Translations under genes and position numbers: made by a program
Shown here: in pieces, positions 23,702-32,000 of the stretch
Position numbering within the stretch: position 1 is the first letter of the stretch
How the letters are laid out: every line of letters begins with the position of its first letter
NCBI RefSeq assembly: GCF_051201565.1
Contig: NZ_CP179200.1
Coordinates: forward strand, 1,470,001-1,502,000
Length of the DNA stretch: 32,000 bases
Reading direction: 5' to 3'
Origin: Pseudothioglobus sp. nBUS_23
GTDB lineage: Bacteria > Pseudomonadota > Gammaproteobacteria > PS1 > Pseudothioglobaceae
The notes under the pieces: generated by a model
Seen by the model: only the letters and a program-made list of their open reading frames with translations
What the model was told of the DNA's origin: nothing
The model's database searches: none

Positions 23702-24745
23702 TAATCTCTCTTCGGCTAACTCTTGAGCAATATTGATATTCTTTAAATCAGATATCTTGATTAAGTTTAGCTGAGTTTTTAATTGATCTATTTTTGAGAT
23801 ATCTATATTCAAATTTTTAAAAGATTCCAAAATAAGTTCAAACCTCTTTTGTCTCCTTAAGCCGTCAGTTTTTAGATAGAAGTTTAGAATTTCTTCTGGC
23901 TGATGAGATAAAAAATCAGAAGCAAAGTCATGCCAACTACTTACTAATTCAGCAATTTGTTGCATATCTTTAGGGCATTTAAGATGTTCGCAAATTAGTT
24001 CAATATTGCCTGGCTTTTGATCATAAAGCCAGAGAGCAAAAGTGATCTCGCTAGCTAAATTTTCATGGTCTAAATGCTTAAAATTTCCACCTTGAGTCAT
24101 TTCAAGCATTGGAAACAATCTTTGATAGGCGCCTGATTCAATTAAAACTTCAAAAAAGATAGATGGCGCCTCTGTATTCATTGATAAATTAATTTCTTTA
24201 AAGACTCTCTCAGGAGTCAACGCATCTACCTCACCCGAACTGACCATCATTTTCATTAAATCGAGTGTCCCAGAATCGATCGTAAACCCAAGATGATGAA
24301 AACGGGATGCAAACCTTGCTGTCCTGAGTATTCTTACTGGATCCTCAGAGAATGCCTCGGACACATGCCTTAGCGTTCTTTTCTTAATGTCGTCTAAGCC
24401 ACCAAAAGGGTCAATAAATTCACCAGAGCCATCCTTATTTTGTGCAATTGCATTGATTGTTAAATCTCTTCTAGAGAGATCTTGTTCCAATGTAACCGAT
24501 TTTGATGTATCGAATTCAAACCCCTTATATCCCTTACCAATCTTTCGTTCTAATCGAGCAAGGGCGTATTCTTCATTGGATTTTGGATGAAGAAAAACTG
24601 GGAACTCTTTCCCAACCTGACGAAAACCTAAAGATTGCATTTCTTCGGATGATGAGCCTACAACGACATAGTCTTTTTCTGTAGACTCTGTAGCAATACC
24701 TAAAATCTTATCTCGAATTGCACCGCCGACCAAAAATTCTTGCAT
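23669..24745 (-). CDS. cca: CCA-adding tRNA nucleotidyltransferase (class II), short form
   Basis: I call the start at the ATG at 24745 (MQEFLVGGAIRDKILG...), which matches the E. coli Cca N-terminus MKIYLVGGAVRDALLG. The ORF-track start at 24796 would leave 2 nt to divergent msrB. Conserved head/neck blocks are FPVFLHP, EEYALAR.ERK, RRDLTINA, LRHVS.AF.EDP.R.LR.ARFA and LTPERV.KE. This gives 358 aa versus 412 in E. coli. Confidence 0.9.
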   Translation of the reverse strand: MQEFLVGGAIRDKILGIATESTEKDYVVVGSSSEEMQSLGFRQVGKEFPVFLHPKSNEEYALARLERKIGKGYKGFEFDTSKSVTLEQDLSRRDLTINAIAQNKDGSGEFIDPFGGLDDIKKRTLRHVSEAFSEDPVRILRTARFASRFHHLGFTIDSGTLDLMKMMVSSGEVDALTPERVFKEINLSMNTEAPSIFFEVLIESGAYQRLFPMLEMTQGGNFKHLDHENLASEITFALWLYDQKPGNIELICEHLKCPKDMQQIAELVSSWHDFASDFLSHQPEEILNFYLKTDGLRRQKRFELILESFKNLNIDISKIDQLKTQLNLIKISDLKNINIAQELAEERLLVITRFIDSA

Positions 24746-24798
24746 ATTTCTTACTCTAGAAATTAAAGTTAAGGATAAATTTCTCTTATAATACACGA

Positions 24799-25173
24799 AT
24801 GAATAACAAGAAGAATTTATCCCCAGAAGCCTATCGTATTACTCAAGAGTGCGGAACTGAACCGCCTTTCACTGGTGAATATTATAACCACAACGAAACA
24901 GGAAACTATCATTGCATCTGTTGTGACGCTGTATTATTTGAATCCTCTACAAAGTATGACTCTGGAAGCGGCTGGCCTAGTTTTTATGACCTTGCCAATA
25001 GTGGCTGCATTAGGCAGCTTGAAGATGATTCTTTGGGATATATGAGAATCGAAGTGAGATGCTCATCCTGTGATGCTCACCTAGGTCATGTCTTTCCTGA
25101 TGGGCCTCAGCCAACTGGAAAGCGCTACTGCATAAACTCAGTTGCACTCAACTTTTCTGGTGATGATTCTTAA
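24799..25173 (+). CDS. msrB: Peptide-methionine (R)-S-oxide reductase MsrB
   Basis: 124 aa. The zinc-binding pairs are CICC and CSSC. It has GWPSF and [10 protein letters not shown], with the catalytic Cys in RYCINS. Confidence 0.95.
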   Translation: MNNKKNLSPEAYRITQECGTEPPFTGEYYNHNETGNYHCICCDAVLFESSTKYDSGSGWPSFYDLANSGCIRQLEDDSLGYMRIEVRCSSCDAHLGHVFPDGPQPTGKRYCINSVALNFSGDDS

Positions 25174-25189
25174 GCTGTAATTTTAGTTT

Positions 25190-25975
25190 TTAAAATACAA
25201 GCACCATAGCGGCTAAGAAACCCAAGAAAACTGAAAAGCCTTTTTTAAGTTTTTGACTATCCATTATGTGGGTAACTTTTGCGCCAAGTGGAGCAAAAAA
25301 AATACTGGCGGCAACTATCGCAAAAAGGGCCTCAAAGTTCACAAAGCCTACCCCTCCCGTTGGAAGAGTTTGAGAGGATCCTGCCACCATAAATCCAATA
25401 CTGCCAGCAATCGCAATCGGCATACCAACTGCTGCGGATGTGGCAATGGCATTCTTAATTTTTACATTGTTATAAACTAAAAATGGAGTGGTCATTGTTC
25501 CGCCACCAATCCCAACCATAGCTGACACTAGCCCAATCACATAACCTGCAGCAGACCAAATCCATCTTGACAAATTATCAGCATGACTTGAAGCACTAAC
25601 GCCAAACCACATAATCAATGCAACAGTTATTTCAAATAAAGCAAAGAATACACGCAAAAAATCAAAGCTTAAATATTTAGCAAGAATAGCGCCACTGTAT
25701 GAACCTAATAAAATGGTTGGTGTTAGCTTTACAAAATTTCTCCAAAGTATCGCCCCATGACGATGATGCGCATATAAACTGGAGATGGAGGTAAAAACTA
25801 TTGCTGCCAATGCAGTTCCAATTGCAGTATGCATTAAAATGGATTGATCAATGGATGGTGCCAATAGGTATAGCAATACTGGAACAATTATTAATCCACC
25901 TCCAATCCCCAACAAGCCTGCTGCAAATCCTGAAAAAGCCCCGAGAAGAATAAATAGGATTATTGCTTCACTCAT
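25190..25975 (-). CDS. TauE/SafE-family membrane protein (second, divergent copy in the window)
   Basis: 261 aa with about 8 hydrophobic helices. Glycine motifs are GLLGIGGGLIIVP near the N-terminus and MVGIGGGTMTTP in the second half. Confidence 0.8.
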   Translation of the reverse strand: MSEAIILFILLGAFSGFAAGLLGIGGGLIIVPVLLYLLAPSIDQSILMHTAIGTALAAIVFTSISSLYAHHRHGAILWRNFVKLTPTILLGSYSGAILAKYLSFDFLRVFFALFEITVALIMWFGVSASSHADNLSRWIWSAAGYVIGLVSAMVGIGGGTMTTPFLVYNNVKIKNAIATSAAVGMPIAIAGSIGFMVAGSSQTLPTGGVGFVNFEALFAIVAASIFFAPLGAKVTHIMDSQKLKKGFSVFLGFLAAMVLVF

Positions 25976-25998
25976 AGTTGATCATATATTTGGAAAAC

Positions 25999-26580
25999 TC
26001 AAGCCTTCCAAATATGTTCAGCGAAATGCTTTCTACACATAGATTGATAACGGTCATTGCCTCCAATAACCACCTGGTCACCGTCCTCAATAACATTTCC
26101 ATGCTCGTCAATCCGAACAACCATAGTTGCCTTACTACCACAGTGACAAATAGTTTTTAGCTCAATTAGATTATCTGCCCATGCCAGTAGATGCTGACTT
26201 CCAGGGAAAAGTTCGCCCCTAAAATCAGTTCTAATTCCATAGCAAAGCACAGGAATATTTAATTGATCGACAGCTTGAGCAAGTTGTTGAACCTGCTCCC
26301 TACTTAGAAATTGACTTTCATCAATCAATACGCAGTCTATTGAATTTTTATGATTTTGATCTGTTAAGATTTTAAATAAGTCATCATCTTTATGAAAAAG
26401 ATGTGCCTCCGCTTCAAGCCCAATTCTGGAAGTCACTTTTCCAACGCTATAGCGATTATCTATTGCAGCTGATAGAATAAAAGGCGTCATACCTCTCTCT
26501 TTGTAGTTGTATGCTGATTGAAGAAGTGAGGTTGATTTACCTGCATTCATTGCAGAGTAATAAAAGTAAAGCTTAGCCAC
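25999..26580 (-). CDS. tdk: Thymidine kinase
   Basis: 193 aa. The GTG start aligns with E. coli Tdk residue 1 ([31 protein letters not shown]). It has Walker B VLIDESQF and [14 protein letters not shown]. The zinc knuckle is CHCG...CRKH. A perfect TATAAT (26616..26611, minus strand) lies 30 nt upstream. Confidence 0.95.
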   Translation of the reverse strand: MAKLYFYYSAMNAGKSTSLLQSAYNYKERGMTPFILSAAIDNRYSVGKVTSRIGLEAEAHLFHKDDDLFKILTDQNHKNSIDCVLIDESQFLSREQVQQLAQAVDQLNIPVLCYGIRTDFRGELFPGSQHLLAWADNLIELKTICHCGSKATMVVRIDEHGNVIEDGDQVVIGGNDRYQSMCRKHFAEHIWKA

Positions 26581-26713
26581 AATGCAAACCTAAATTATTA
26601 ATATTGTAATATTATAACCCTTGGGACTAATTAGAAATTTACATCATTTGGGCTCTATGAGAATATGCTATTGAGGCCATCCAGAATCGCATAATGATTC
26701 GATGATGGATTTC

Positions 26714-27955
26714 TTATTGATTATTAATCCACTCTTTTAAAAGTGAAACTCCTTTGACTATTCTTGGACAGATTTGATTCAGGTTATCAATAGATGACTC
26801 GTCTTTCGAAATCAATCGGAGCGCATCCTCACCATTAAAATCTACAAATGCAATCCGAGAAAGTAATTTACCTTTTTCTAAACCAAAGTCAGAACCTGGG
26901 AGCATTGCAAACCCTACTTCATTGAGAATTGTTTGACAAAGTATTTTGTCATCATTAACTTTTCTAGAGATATTTAAAATATTAGAAAAGTCACAAATCA
27001 TATAAAACCCACCTTGAGGTTTCTGGCAACTAATGCCTACAGAAGACAACTCTTGATAAACAAAATCTGCAATGGCATTTAAAATTAGTCTCGAATGATT
27101 TAAAAATACCGAGTGGTCTTCAGAGTAAGCTTTAATTGCTGCGAACTGAATAGGTGCACTAACTGCAGTATAAGTTTCACTTGCAATTGCTCTAATGCTA
27201 TCCTTAATATAACTCAATTCTTTTGGAAATGTCAAAGTTCCTAACCTCCAACCTCCAGCACCACACCACTTGCTAAGCCCACTACTGATAATTGTGTTTT
27301 CGGGGTAAAAATGCGTCAATGACTTATAATCTCCAGAGAAATCTAGTTCAGCATAAATCTCATCAGCAATAATAGTAACGTTATGTTTTTTGGCAACTTT
27401 AGCGAACTCTTTAAGATCATCATGAGTTGTTCCAGAAGGATTATTTGGAGAATTTAAAATCAAAAGTTTGCTAACCGACTTTAATTTTTCACATGCAATG
27501 TCCAGACTTTTAGGGCTAAGATGCCAATTACTCTCGGCATTTGACTCGATCCAATGAACTTTTTTATGAATCATTTGAGCTTGTGGCTCATAAGATACCC
27601 AGCTTGGACTTGGAAGCAATAAATCACAATCCAATGCCATTTGAATTTGAAAAATTAATTCCTTTGAGCCTGGCCCAATAATGACATTTTGAGGGTCATA
27701 AGAGTATTGATTCTTACGGGTATGATATTTAGCAACCTCCCTCCTAAGAGCATATAGGCCGGATACATTGAGATAATCTTTCTGGTGAGCATGCTCCTTT
27801 AACTCATTCACAATTAACTTGGGCACTGGAAATGGTGACTGACCAAGCCCAAACTTATAAACCTCCTTACCTTCGCTGATCAATTGCTGAGACAGCTCAT
27901 TGATTGCAAGAGTAGCTGAAGTTTTTAAACTTTGAATATTTTTTTGTATTTTCAT
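26714..27955 (-). CDS. Class-I/II pyridoxal-phosphate-dependent aminotransferase (substrate unknown)
   Basis: 413 aa. Fold-type I motifs are LNSPNNPSG, IIADEIYAEL and the PLP-lysine segment SSGLSKWCGAGGWRLG. Confidence 0.88.
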   Translation of the reverse strand: MKIQKNIQSLKTSATLAINELSQQLISEGKEVYKFGLGQSPFPVPKLIVNELKEHAHQKDYLNVSGLYALRREVAKYHTRKNQYSYDPQNVIIGPGSKELIFQIQMALDCDLLLPSPSWVSYEPQAQMIHKKVHWIESNAESNWHLSPKSLDIACEKLKSVSKLLILNSPNNPSGTTHDDLKEFAKVAKKHNVTIIADEIYAELDFSGDYKSLTHFYPENTIISSGLSKWCGAGGWRLGTLTFPKELSYIKDSIRAIASETYTAVSAPIQFAAIKAYSEDHSVFLNHSRLILNAIADFVYQELSSVGISCQKPQGGFYMICDFSNILNISRKVNDDKILCQTILNEVGFAMLPGSDFGLEKGKLLSRIAFVDFNGEDALRLISKDESSIDNLNQICPRIVKGVSLLKEWINNQ

Positions 27956-28056
27956 ACTAATTTTTGCAAACTACATACTTGTAATATCAGAATACTAGAA
28001 TAATAGAAATATATGTTTCTTTTTTAATAAAAAATTAATACTTTTGTATCTTTTTC

Positions 28057-30612
28057 CTATTGAACTCGAACTATTTCTCTCTTTCTTCTTAATTGGACCC
28101 AGCCAACCATTCCTATTAAAAAAATTGCTGGTATATAAACAATTTGTTTAGGCATGGTCTCCCTCTCTTTAAGAACTGAAGTGATAATCCAGCCACTATC
28201 GACTCCTGCAACTTTTATGGATTCAACCTGTTTATTTATTGCTCGACTATTTGAAATTCCCGGGAGCACCATTGCTACCTCCATATCTCCAAATAAATCA
28301 TCTATTTGAAGCCCCGTGTTATTTACTCTCTCTCTGCCTGTCTGTCCATCAGCCAATGGCAATAAAAATGTGTAACTTCTCACAACACCTTCAATTGTCT
28401 CGCCTTCAACAACAAAACGGATTGGTTCACCTTCACTCATAGTGTCAGCAACTTTAAACAACTCTTGACCAGAAATCTTTTCATAAGGTGGGTCCACTTT
28501 ATCCCAAAAATAACCTGGCCTGAAAAACATAAATGCGACAATCAGCATCAATACAGTTTCCCATAGACGATTTTTAACAAGCCAATAGCCCTGAGTAGCC
28601 GCAGCAAAAAGGAGGATTGCAATAACTGAGGAGGTAACAACTGATATAAAACTAATTACACTGTCAATACCAATCATGAGTAACTGAGTATTAAAAATAA
28701 ATATAAAAGGGAGTACGGCTGTTCTCATGTCGTAAATGAAGCCCTGAATACCCGTTCTTATCGGATCACCCTTGGAAATCGCTGCTGCTGCATAGGCAGC
28801 AAGACCCACTGGTGGCGTATCATCAGCCAAAATACCAAAATAAAAAACAAACATATGAGCCGCAATTAGAGGGATAGCCACGTTGTTCGCTGCACCTAAG
28901 CTCATGATGACAGGAGCCATTAGACTTGAGACAACTATATAGTTAGCTGTTGTTGGCAGGCCCATTCCTAAAATAAGACTTATCATTGCAGTAAAAAGCA
29001 ATATTAAAAATAAGTTCCCTGCAGCAATAAATTCAACCCATCCAATTATTAATTGTCCAACACCTGTGAGCGTTACCGTACCAACAATAATACCTGCTGC
29101 AGTAGTAGCAACTCCAACACCAATCATATTTCTAGCACCATTCACAAAACCAAGCTTTAGATCAGTCAAACTTGAAACTAGATGAGCTGCAAGATTAGAT
29201 TGGCGTCGAAATATTGCCAAGATAAACTTCTGAGTTAGGACTATAAACATCATGAACATGGTTGCCCAGTAGACTGAAGTTTCGGGAGAAAACCGCTCAA
29301 CAGTTAGGAGCCAAATCAACAAAATAACTGGAAGTAAAAAATGAAGTCCTGCCTTGACCGTCTTACCAATTTCAGGGATTTCGCTTATTTCTCCTGCAGG
29401 TAGATCTGGCATTCTTGAAACAGAGTACAAGAGTCCGAGATAACTAAAAACCATAATTAATGCAACAATCAATGTAGTTGCTTCTCCAGCTATTATTTTA
29501 ATGAATTCAAAGAAAGGTGGAAGCACCCAGACAAGAGTACCTAGAACAATCAGAACGCTCGAAATGCCAATTAATCTATCCACTTTATTGAGCTTGTTGG
29601 TTCTTTTAAGTCCCTCCATTCCAGACTTTAAAGCCTCTAAGTGAACAATATAGATAAGTGCAATGTATGAAATGACAGCAGGTAAGAATGCATGCTTGAT
29701 TACTTCAATGTAAGAAACCCCAACATACTCAACCATTAGAAATGCTGCAGTGCCCATAATTGGAGGTGTTAGTTGGCCATTGGTAGAAGATGCAACTTCA
29801 ATTGCTCCAGCTTTCTCAGAGGGAAAGCCAACTCGTTTCATTAATGGAATTGTAAATGTACCAGTCGTTACAACATTAGCAATGGATGATCCTGAAATCA
29901 TACCGGTCATCGCTGAAGAAACTACTGCAGCCTTTGCAGGCCCGCCTCGATAATGCCCTGTCAGTGCATAGGCTACTCTTATGAAGTAATTACCAGCGCC
30001 AGCCCTCTCAAGAAGTGCGCCAAAAAGAACAAACAAGAAAACCATGCTTGCCGAGACTCCAACGGCAATTCCAAATGCTCCTTCTGTTGTAATCCACATG
30101 TGGGATACAATTTTATTTAAAGAGGCGCCCCCATAACCTCCAGCTCCAAGGAACGCATAGGTCAAAGCAATAATTGCTACAACCATTAACGGAGGACCTA
30201 ATGATCTTCTAGTGGCTTCTAAGAGAAGAAGAAGTCCTATAACACTCAAAAATAAATCAGCAGAGTTTGGAACGCCCAAACGCATTTCAAAAGCTCTAGA
30301 ATCCCAAACCTGGTTATAAACCAAATACAAACAAGATGCGACTATGAGAAACCCCATAATCCAATCAGTCCATGGAATGACGACTCTAGATGACCTTTTA
30401 AGAGCTGGATAAGTCAGAAAAGCTAGAAAGCCTGCAAAAGAGACATGAACTCTCTTGACTACATCTGCATTCATCCATGGTGTTATTTCAAGAACTAGAG
30501 GCGATGAGACGTAAAGCTGGAAGACTGACCAAGCCAAAGCAACATAGATCAATATGTTTTTAACTAGTGCACTTTTTGGGTTTCTGTTTCCCGTTTCTAG
30601 ATCAACTTCCAT
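28057..30612 (-). CDS. TRAP transporter fused permease (DctQ-DctM fusion, TAXI-associated type) with extra C-terminal domain and terminal helix
   Basis: 851 aa. It has many hydrophobic helices with DctM-like segments (SGSSIANVVTTGTFTIPLMK, GMGLPTTANYIVVSSL, FYFGILADDTPPVGLAAYAAAAI). The last 148 aa are a hydrophilic domain of about 120 aa followed by one more helix and an RRKR tail. Confidence 0.9.
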   Translation of the reverse strand: MEVDLETGNRNPKSALVKNILIYVALAWSVFQLYVSSPLVLEITPWMNADVVKRVHVSFAGFLAFLTYPALKRSSRVVIPWTDWIMGFLIVASCLYLVYNQVWDSRAFEMRLGVPNSADLFLSVIGLLLLLEATRRSLGPPLMVVAIIALTYAFLGAGGYGGASLNKIVSHMWITTEGAFGIAVGVSASMVFLFVLFGALLERAGAGNYFIRVAYALTGHYRGGPAKAAVVSSAMTGMISGSSIANVVTTGTFTIPLMKRVGFPSEKAGAIEVASSTNGQLTPPIMGTAAFLMVEYVGVSYIEVIKHAFLPAVISYIALIYIVHLEALKSGMEGLKRTNKLNKVDRLIGISSVLIVLGTLVWVLPPFFEFIKIIAGEATTLIVALIMVFSYLGLLYSVSRMPDLPAGEISEIPEIGKTVKAGLHFLLPVILLIWLLTVERFSPETSVYWATMFMMFIVLTQKFILAIFRRQSNLAAHLVSSLTDLKLGFVNGARNMIGVGVATTAAGIIVGTVTLTGVGQLIIGWVEFIAAGNLFLILLFTAMISLILGMGLPTTANYIVVSSLMAPVIMSLGAANNVAIPLIAAHMFVFYFGILADDTPPVGLAAYAAAAISKGDPIRTGIQGFIYDMRTAVLPFIFIFNTQLLMIGIDSVISFISVVTSSVIAILLFAAATQGYWLVKNRLWETVLMLIVAFMFFRPGYFWDKVDPPYEKISGQELFKVADTMSEGEPIRFVVEGETIEGVVRSYTFLLPLADGQTGRERVNNTGLQIDDLFGDMEVAMVLPGISNSRAINKQVESIKVAGVDSGWIITSVLKERETMPKQIVYIPAIFLIGMVGWVQLRRKREIVRVQ

Positions 30613-30625
30613 AAGGATATTGTAT

Positions 30626-30656
30626 AAAAAAAAAGGATGGCAACGCCATCCTTTTT
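30626..30656 (-). terminator. Rho-independent terminator/attenuator between the TAXI receptor gene and the TRAP permease gene
   Basis: GGATGGC (30635-30641) pairs with GCCATCC (30645-30651). On the minus strand the stem is followed by 9 U (the complement of the A-run 30626-30634). It starts about 15 nt after the receptor stop codon. Confidence 0.8.
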
Positions 30657-30671
30657 CTTGTTAATTGAATC

Positions 30672-31673
30672 TTACCACTTCATTAGACCAACTTCTTTGT
30701 AATATCTTGCAGCACCATCATGAAGAGGCGCAGACAAACCATCAGAAATCATTTCTTCTTTCTTCAGATTAGCAAACGCAGGGTGTAGCTTTTTAAAGCT
30801 ATCAAAGTTGTCAAAAACGCCCTTAACAATGCTGTGAATTACATGCTCAGAAGTCGCAGTTGAAGAGACAACTGTTGCGCCAACACCGAATGTGACAGTG
30901 TCATCAGGATTTCCATTGTACATGCCGCCTGGAATAGTGGCTGTTCGATAGAAGTCATTATTAGCGACTAGTCCATCAACCGCAGCACCAGTCACATTCA
31001 CTAAAACGCTGTCGCATGAAGTTGTAGCCTCTTTGATTGATCCTGAAGGGTGTCCAACTGTAAAGACCATCGCATCAATCTTATTGTCGCAAAGTGCTTT
31101 TGACTGCTCAGATGACTTAAGTTCAGAAGCAAGAGCAAAGGTTGATTTATCCCAACCAAGTGCATCCATTAAGACTTCCATAGTTCCTCTTTGACCAGAG
31201 CCTGGGTTGCCTATATTGACTCTCTTACCTTTTAGATCTTCAAGATTGCGAATGCCTGAATCAGCTCTTGCTACAACCGTGAAGGGCTCAGGGTGAACAG
31301 AAAATACAGCTCTCAAATCTGTAAATGCACCTGCATCAGCAAACTTACTCGTTCCATTATAAGCATGGTACTGCCAGTCTGACTGTGCAACACCTAAATC
31401 TAGCTCTCCAGCACGAATAGTATTGATGTTATAGACTGAGCCACCTGTAGATTCAACTGTACAGCGAACAAGGTGTGTCGCCTTGTCCTTATTGACTAGT
31501 CTACAAATTGATCCACCCGTCGGGTAGTAGACTCCTGTTACGCCTCCAGTACCAATTGTGACAAATGTCTCAACAGGTTTAACAACATCGCCAGCTATTA
31601 CCGGAGTTGCAACCGTTATACTACTCAATACAGCAGCGGCAAGTGCGCCACTCAAAAAATTAATTTTTTTCAT
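30672..31673 (-). CDS. TRAP transporter solute receptor, TAXI family
   Basis: 333 aa with signal peptide [32 protein letters not shown] hallmarks are [28 protein letters not shown] and the C-terminal [13 protein letters not shown] strong AAGGAG RBS is present. Confidence 0.9.
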   Translation of the reverse strand: MKKINFLSGALAAAVLSSITVATPVIAGDVVKPVETFVTIGTGGVTGVYYPTGGSICRLVNKDKATHLVRCTVESTGGSVYNINTIRAGELDLGVAQSDWQYHAYNGTSKFADAGAFTDLRAVFSVHPEPFTVVARADSGIRNLEDLKGKRVNIGNPGSGQRGTMEVLMDALGWDKSTFALASELKSSEQSKALCDNKIDAMVFTVGHPSGSIKEATTSCDSVLVNVTGAAVDGLVANNDFYRTATIPGGMYNGNPDDTVTFGVGATVVSSTATSEHVIHSIVKGVFDNFDSFKKLHPAFANLKKEEMISDGLSAPLHDGAARYYKEVGLMKW

Positions 31674-31759
31674 TTCATCTCCTTTATTTTATTAGACAAA
31701 AAATTTAAGTCCAAATTAGTTATACCATATTTAATACAATTGTTTCAATATTTCTAAGT

Positions 31760-31789
31760 ATAAAACACAAGTGTTTTCATCTTGTTCAA
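31760..31789 (-). promoter_or_regulatory. Candidate promoter of the TAXI-TRAP operon with an embedded 7-2-7 inverted repeat (putative RpiR-type operator)
   Basis: The minus strand reads TTGAAC (31789..31784), 18 nt, then TTTTAT (31765..31760). The perfect inverted repeat AAAACAC-AA-GTGTTTT (31762-31777) fills the spacer and overlaps the -10. It lies in the divergent region shared with the RpiR-like gene. Confidence 0.4.
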
Positions 31790-31825
31790 GTTTATTTAAC
31801 TAGATTTATAGTAGAATATTCTTCT

Positions 31826-32000
31826 ATGGATTCAAATAACTATTCAACCACTGAAATCAATCAAAAACTATCAAATGGATACGTTGGTTTTTCTAAAGAA
31901 GTCAAAAAAGCAGCCAAATATGTAATGGATAATCCTGCAGAGATTCCTTTACATTCAATACGAACTGTTGCTTCAAACGCAGACGTTAATCCATCAACTA
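31826..32000 (+). CDS. RpiR/MurR-family transcriptional regulator, N-terminal fragment (runs off the window)
   Basis: The ATG at 31826 opens MDSNNYSTTEINQKLSNGYVGFSKEVKKAAKYVMDNPAEIPLHSIRTVASNADVNPST... This fits the RpiR HTH_6 pattern (L-S-x-x-E-x-K-x-A-x-Y-[IV]-x-x-N-P-x-E-[IV]...SI-x-x-[LV]A...V-[SN]-P-ST). It is open to the window end. Confidence 0.6.
   Translation, partial: MDSNNYSTTEINQKLSNGYVGFSKEVKKAAKYVMDNPAEIPLHSIRTVASNADVNPST

Noticed and set aside
24746-24796. ORF-track N-terminal extension of cca ([17 protein letters not shown]).
   Set aside because: The homologous E. coli N-terminus aligns with the Met at 24745. The long form would leave 2 nt for the divergent msrB/cca promoters.
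25190-25975. Two TauE/SafE genes (10007-10741 and 25190-25975) considered as a recent duplication or repeat pair.
   Set aside because: The proteins share only family-level glycine motifs and differ in length and sequence throughout. I see no nucleotide-level repeat.
26677-26708. Imperfect hairpin (CCATC..GAATC / GATTC..GATGG) 6 nt after the aminotransferase stop, in the 133-nt gap before tdk. I also considered a small RNA here.
   Set aside because: The stem is interrupted and no U-tract follows on the minus strand. There is no tRNA-like or other recognisable RNA signature. It may still be a weak terminator, but I cannot support it.
1-32000. Scan of all intergenic gaps for tRNA/rRNA genes, CRISPR repeats, IS ends, riboswitch-like conserved cores and small ORFs.
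   Set aside because: No gap exceeds about 150 nt, and none shows regularly spaced repeats, tRNA T-arm signatures (GGTTCGAATCC-like) or GC-rich structured cores. This was a by-eye search, so covariance-model scans (tRNAscan-SE, Infernal/Rfam) would be the decisive check.

Overview
This is a visibly AT-rich, very gene-dense bacterial chromosome segment. It holds 29 protein-coding genes, including two edge fragments. By my tally of the gaps only about 1.3-1.4 kb of 32 kb is non-coding, and four gene pairs overlap. I see no rRNA, tRNA, CRISPR array, transposase, integrase or phage gene. The gene order (tig-clpP-clpX...lon; cytochrome c4/c next to engB) looks gammaproteobacterial. The compaction suggests a streamlined, possibly marine lineage, but taxonomy cannot be fixed from this window.

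Layout:
(i) 1-7069: tail of an amino-acid ABC permease, then a minus-strand proteostasis operon tig-clpP-clpX-hflX-lon, with hflX unexpectedly wedged between clpX and lon.
(ii) 7173-20507: an accessory-looking block for quaternary-ammonium/onium compounds. It contains an overlapping GMC flavoprotein + enolase-superfamily pair, a TauE-type membrane protein, a ProXWV-type betaine ABC importer followed by an SDR, cytochromes c4 and c, and a four-gene CoA operon (hotdog thioesterase, acyl-CoA dehydrogenase, fused ADP-forming acyl-CoA synthetase, CaiD-like hydratase).
(iii) 20602-26580: housekeeping genes (engB, an AddB-like Fe-S nuclease with no adjacent helicase, cca, msrB, a second TauE, tdk).
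(iv) 26714-32000: a class-I aminotransferase, a TAXI-type TRAP transporter (851-aa fused permease plus receptor) and a divergent RpiR-type regulator fragment.

The most promising lead is block (ii). It looks like a beta-oxidation-style CoA route for gamma-butyrobetaine/crotonobetaine, or for another onium carboxylate such as DMSP. The canonical downstream carnitine enzymes are absent from the window. Three unassigned oxidoreductase/enolase-type genes (SDR, GMC, MR-type enolase) could encode undescribed steps. These are hypotheses from motif reading and gene context, not database results.
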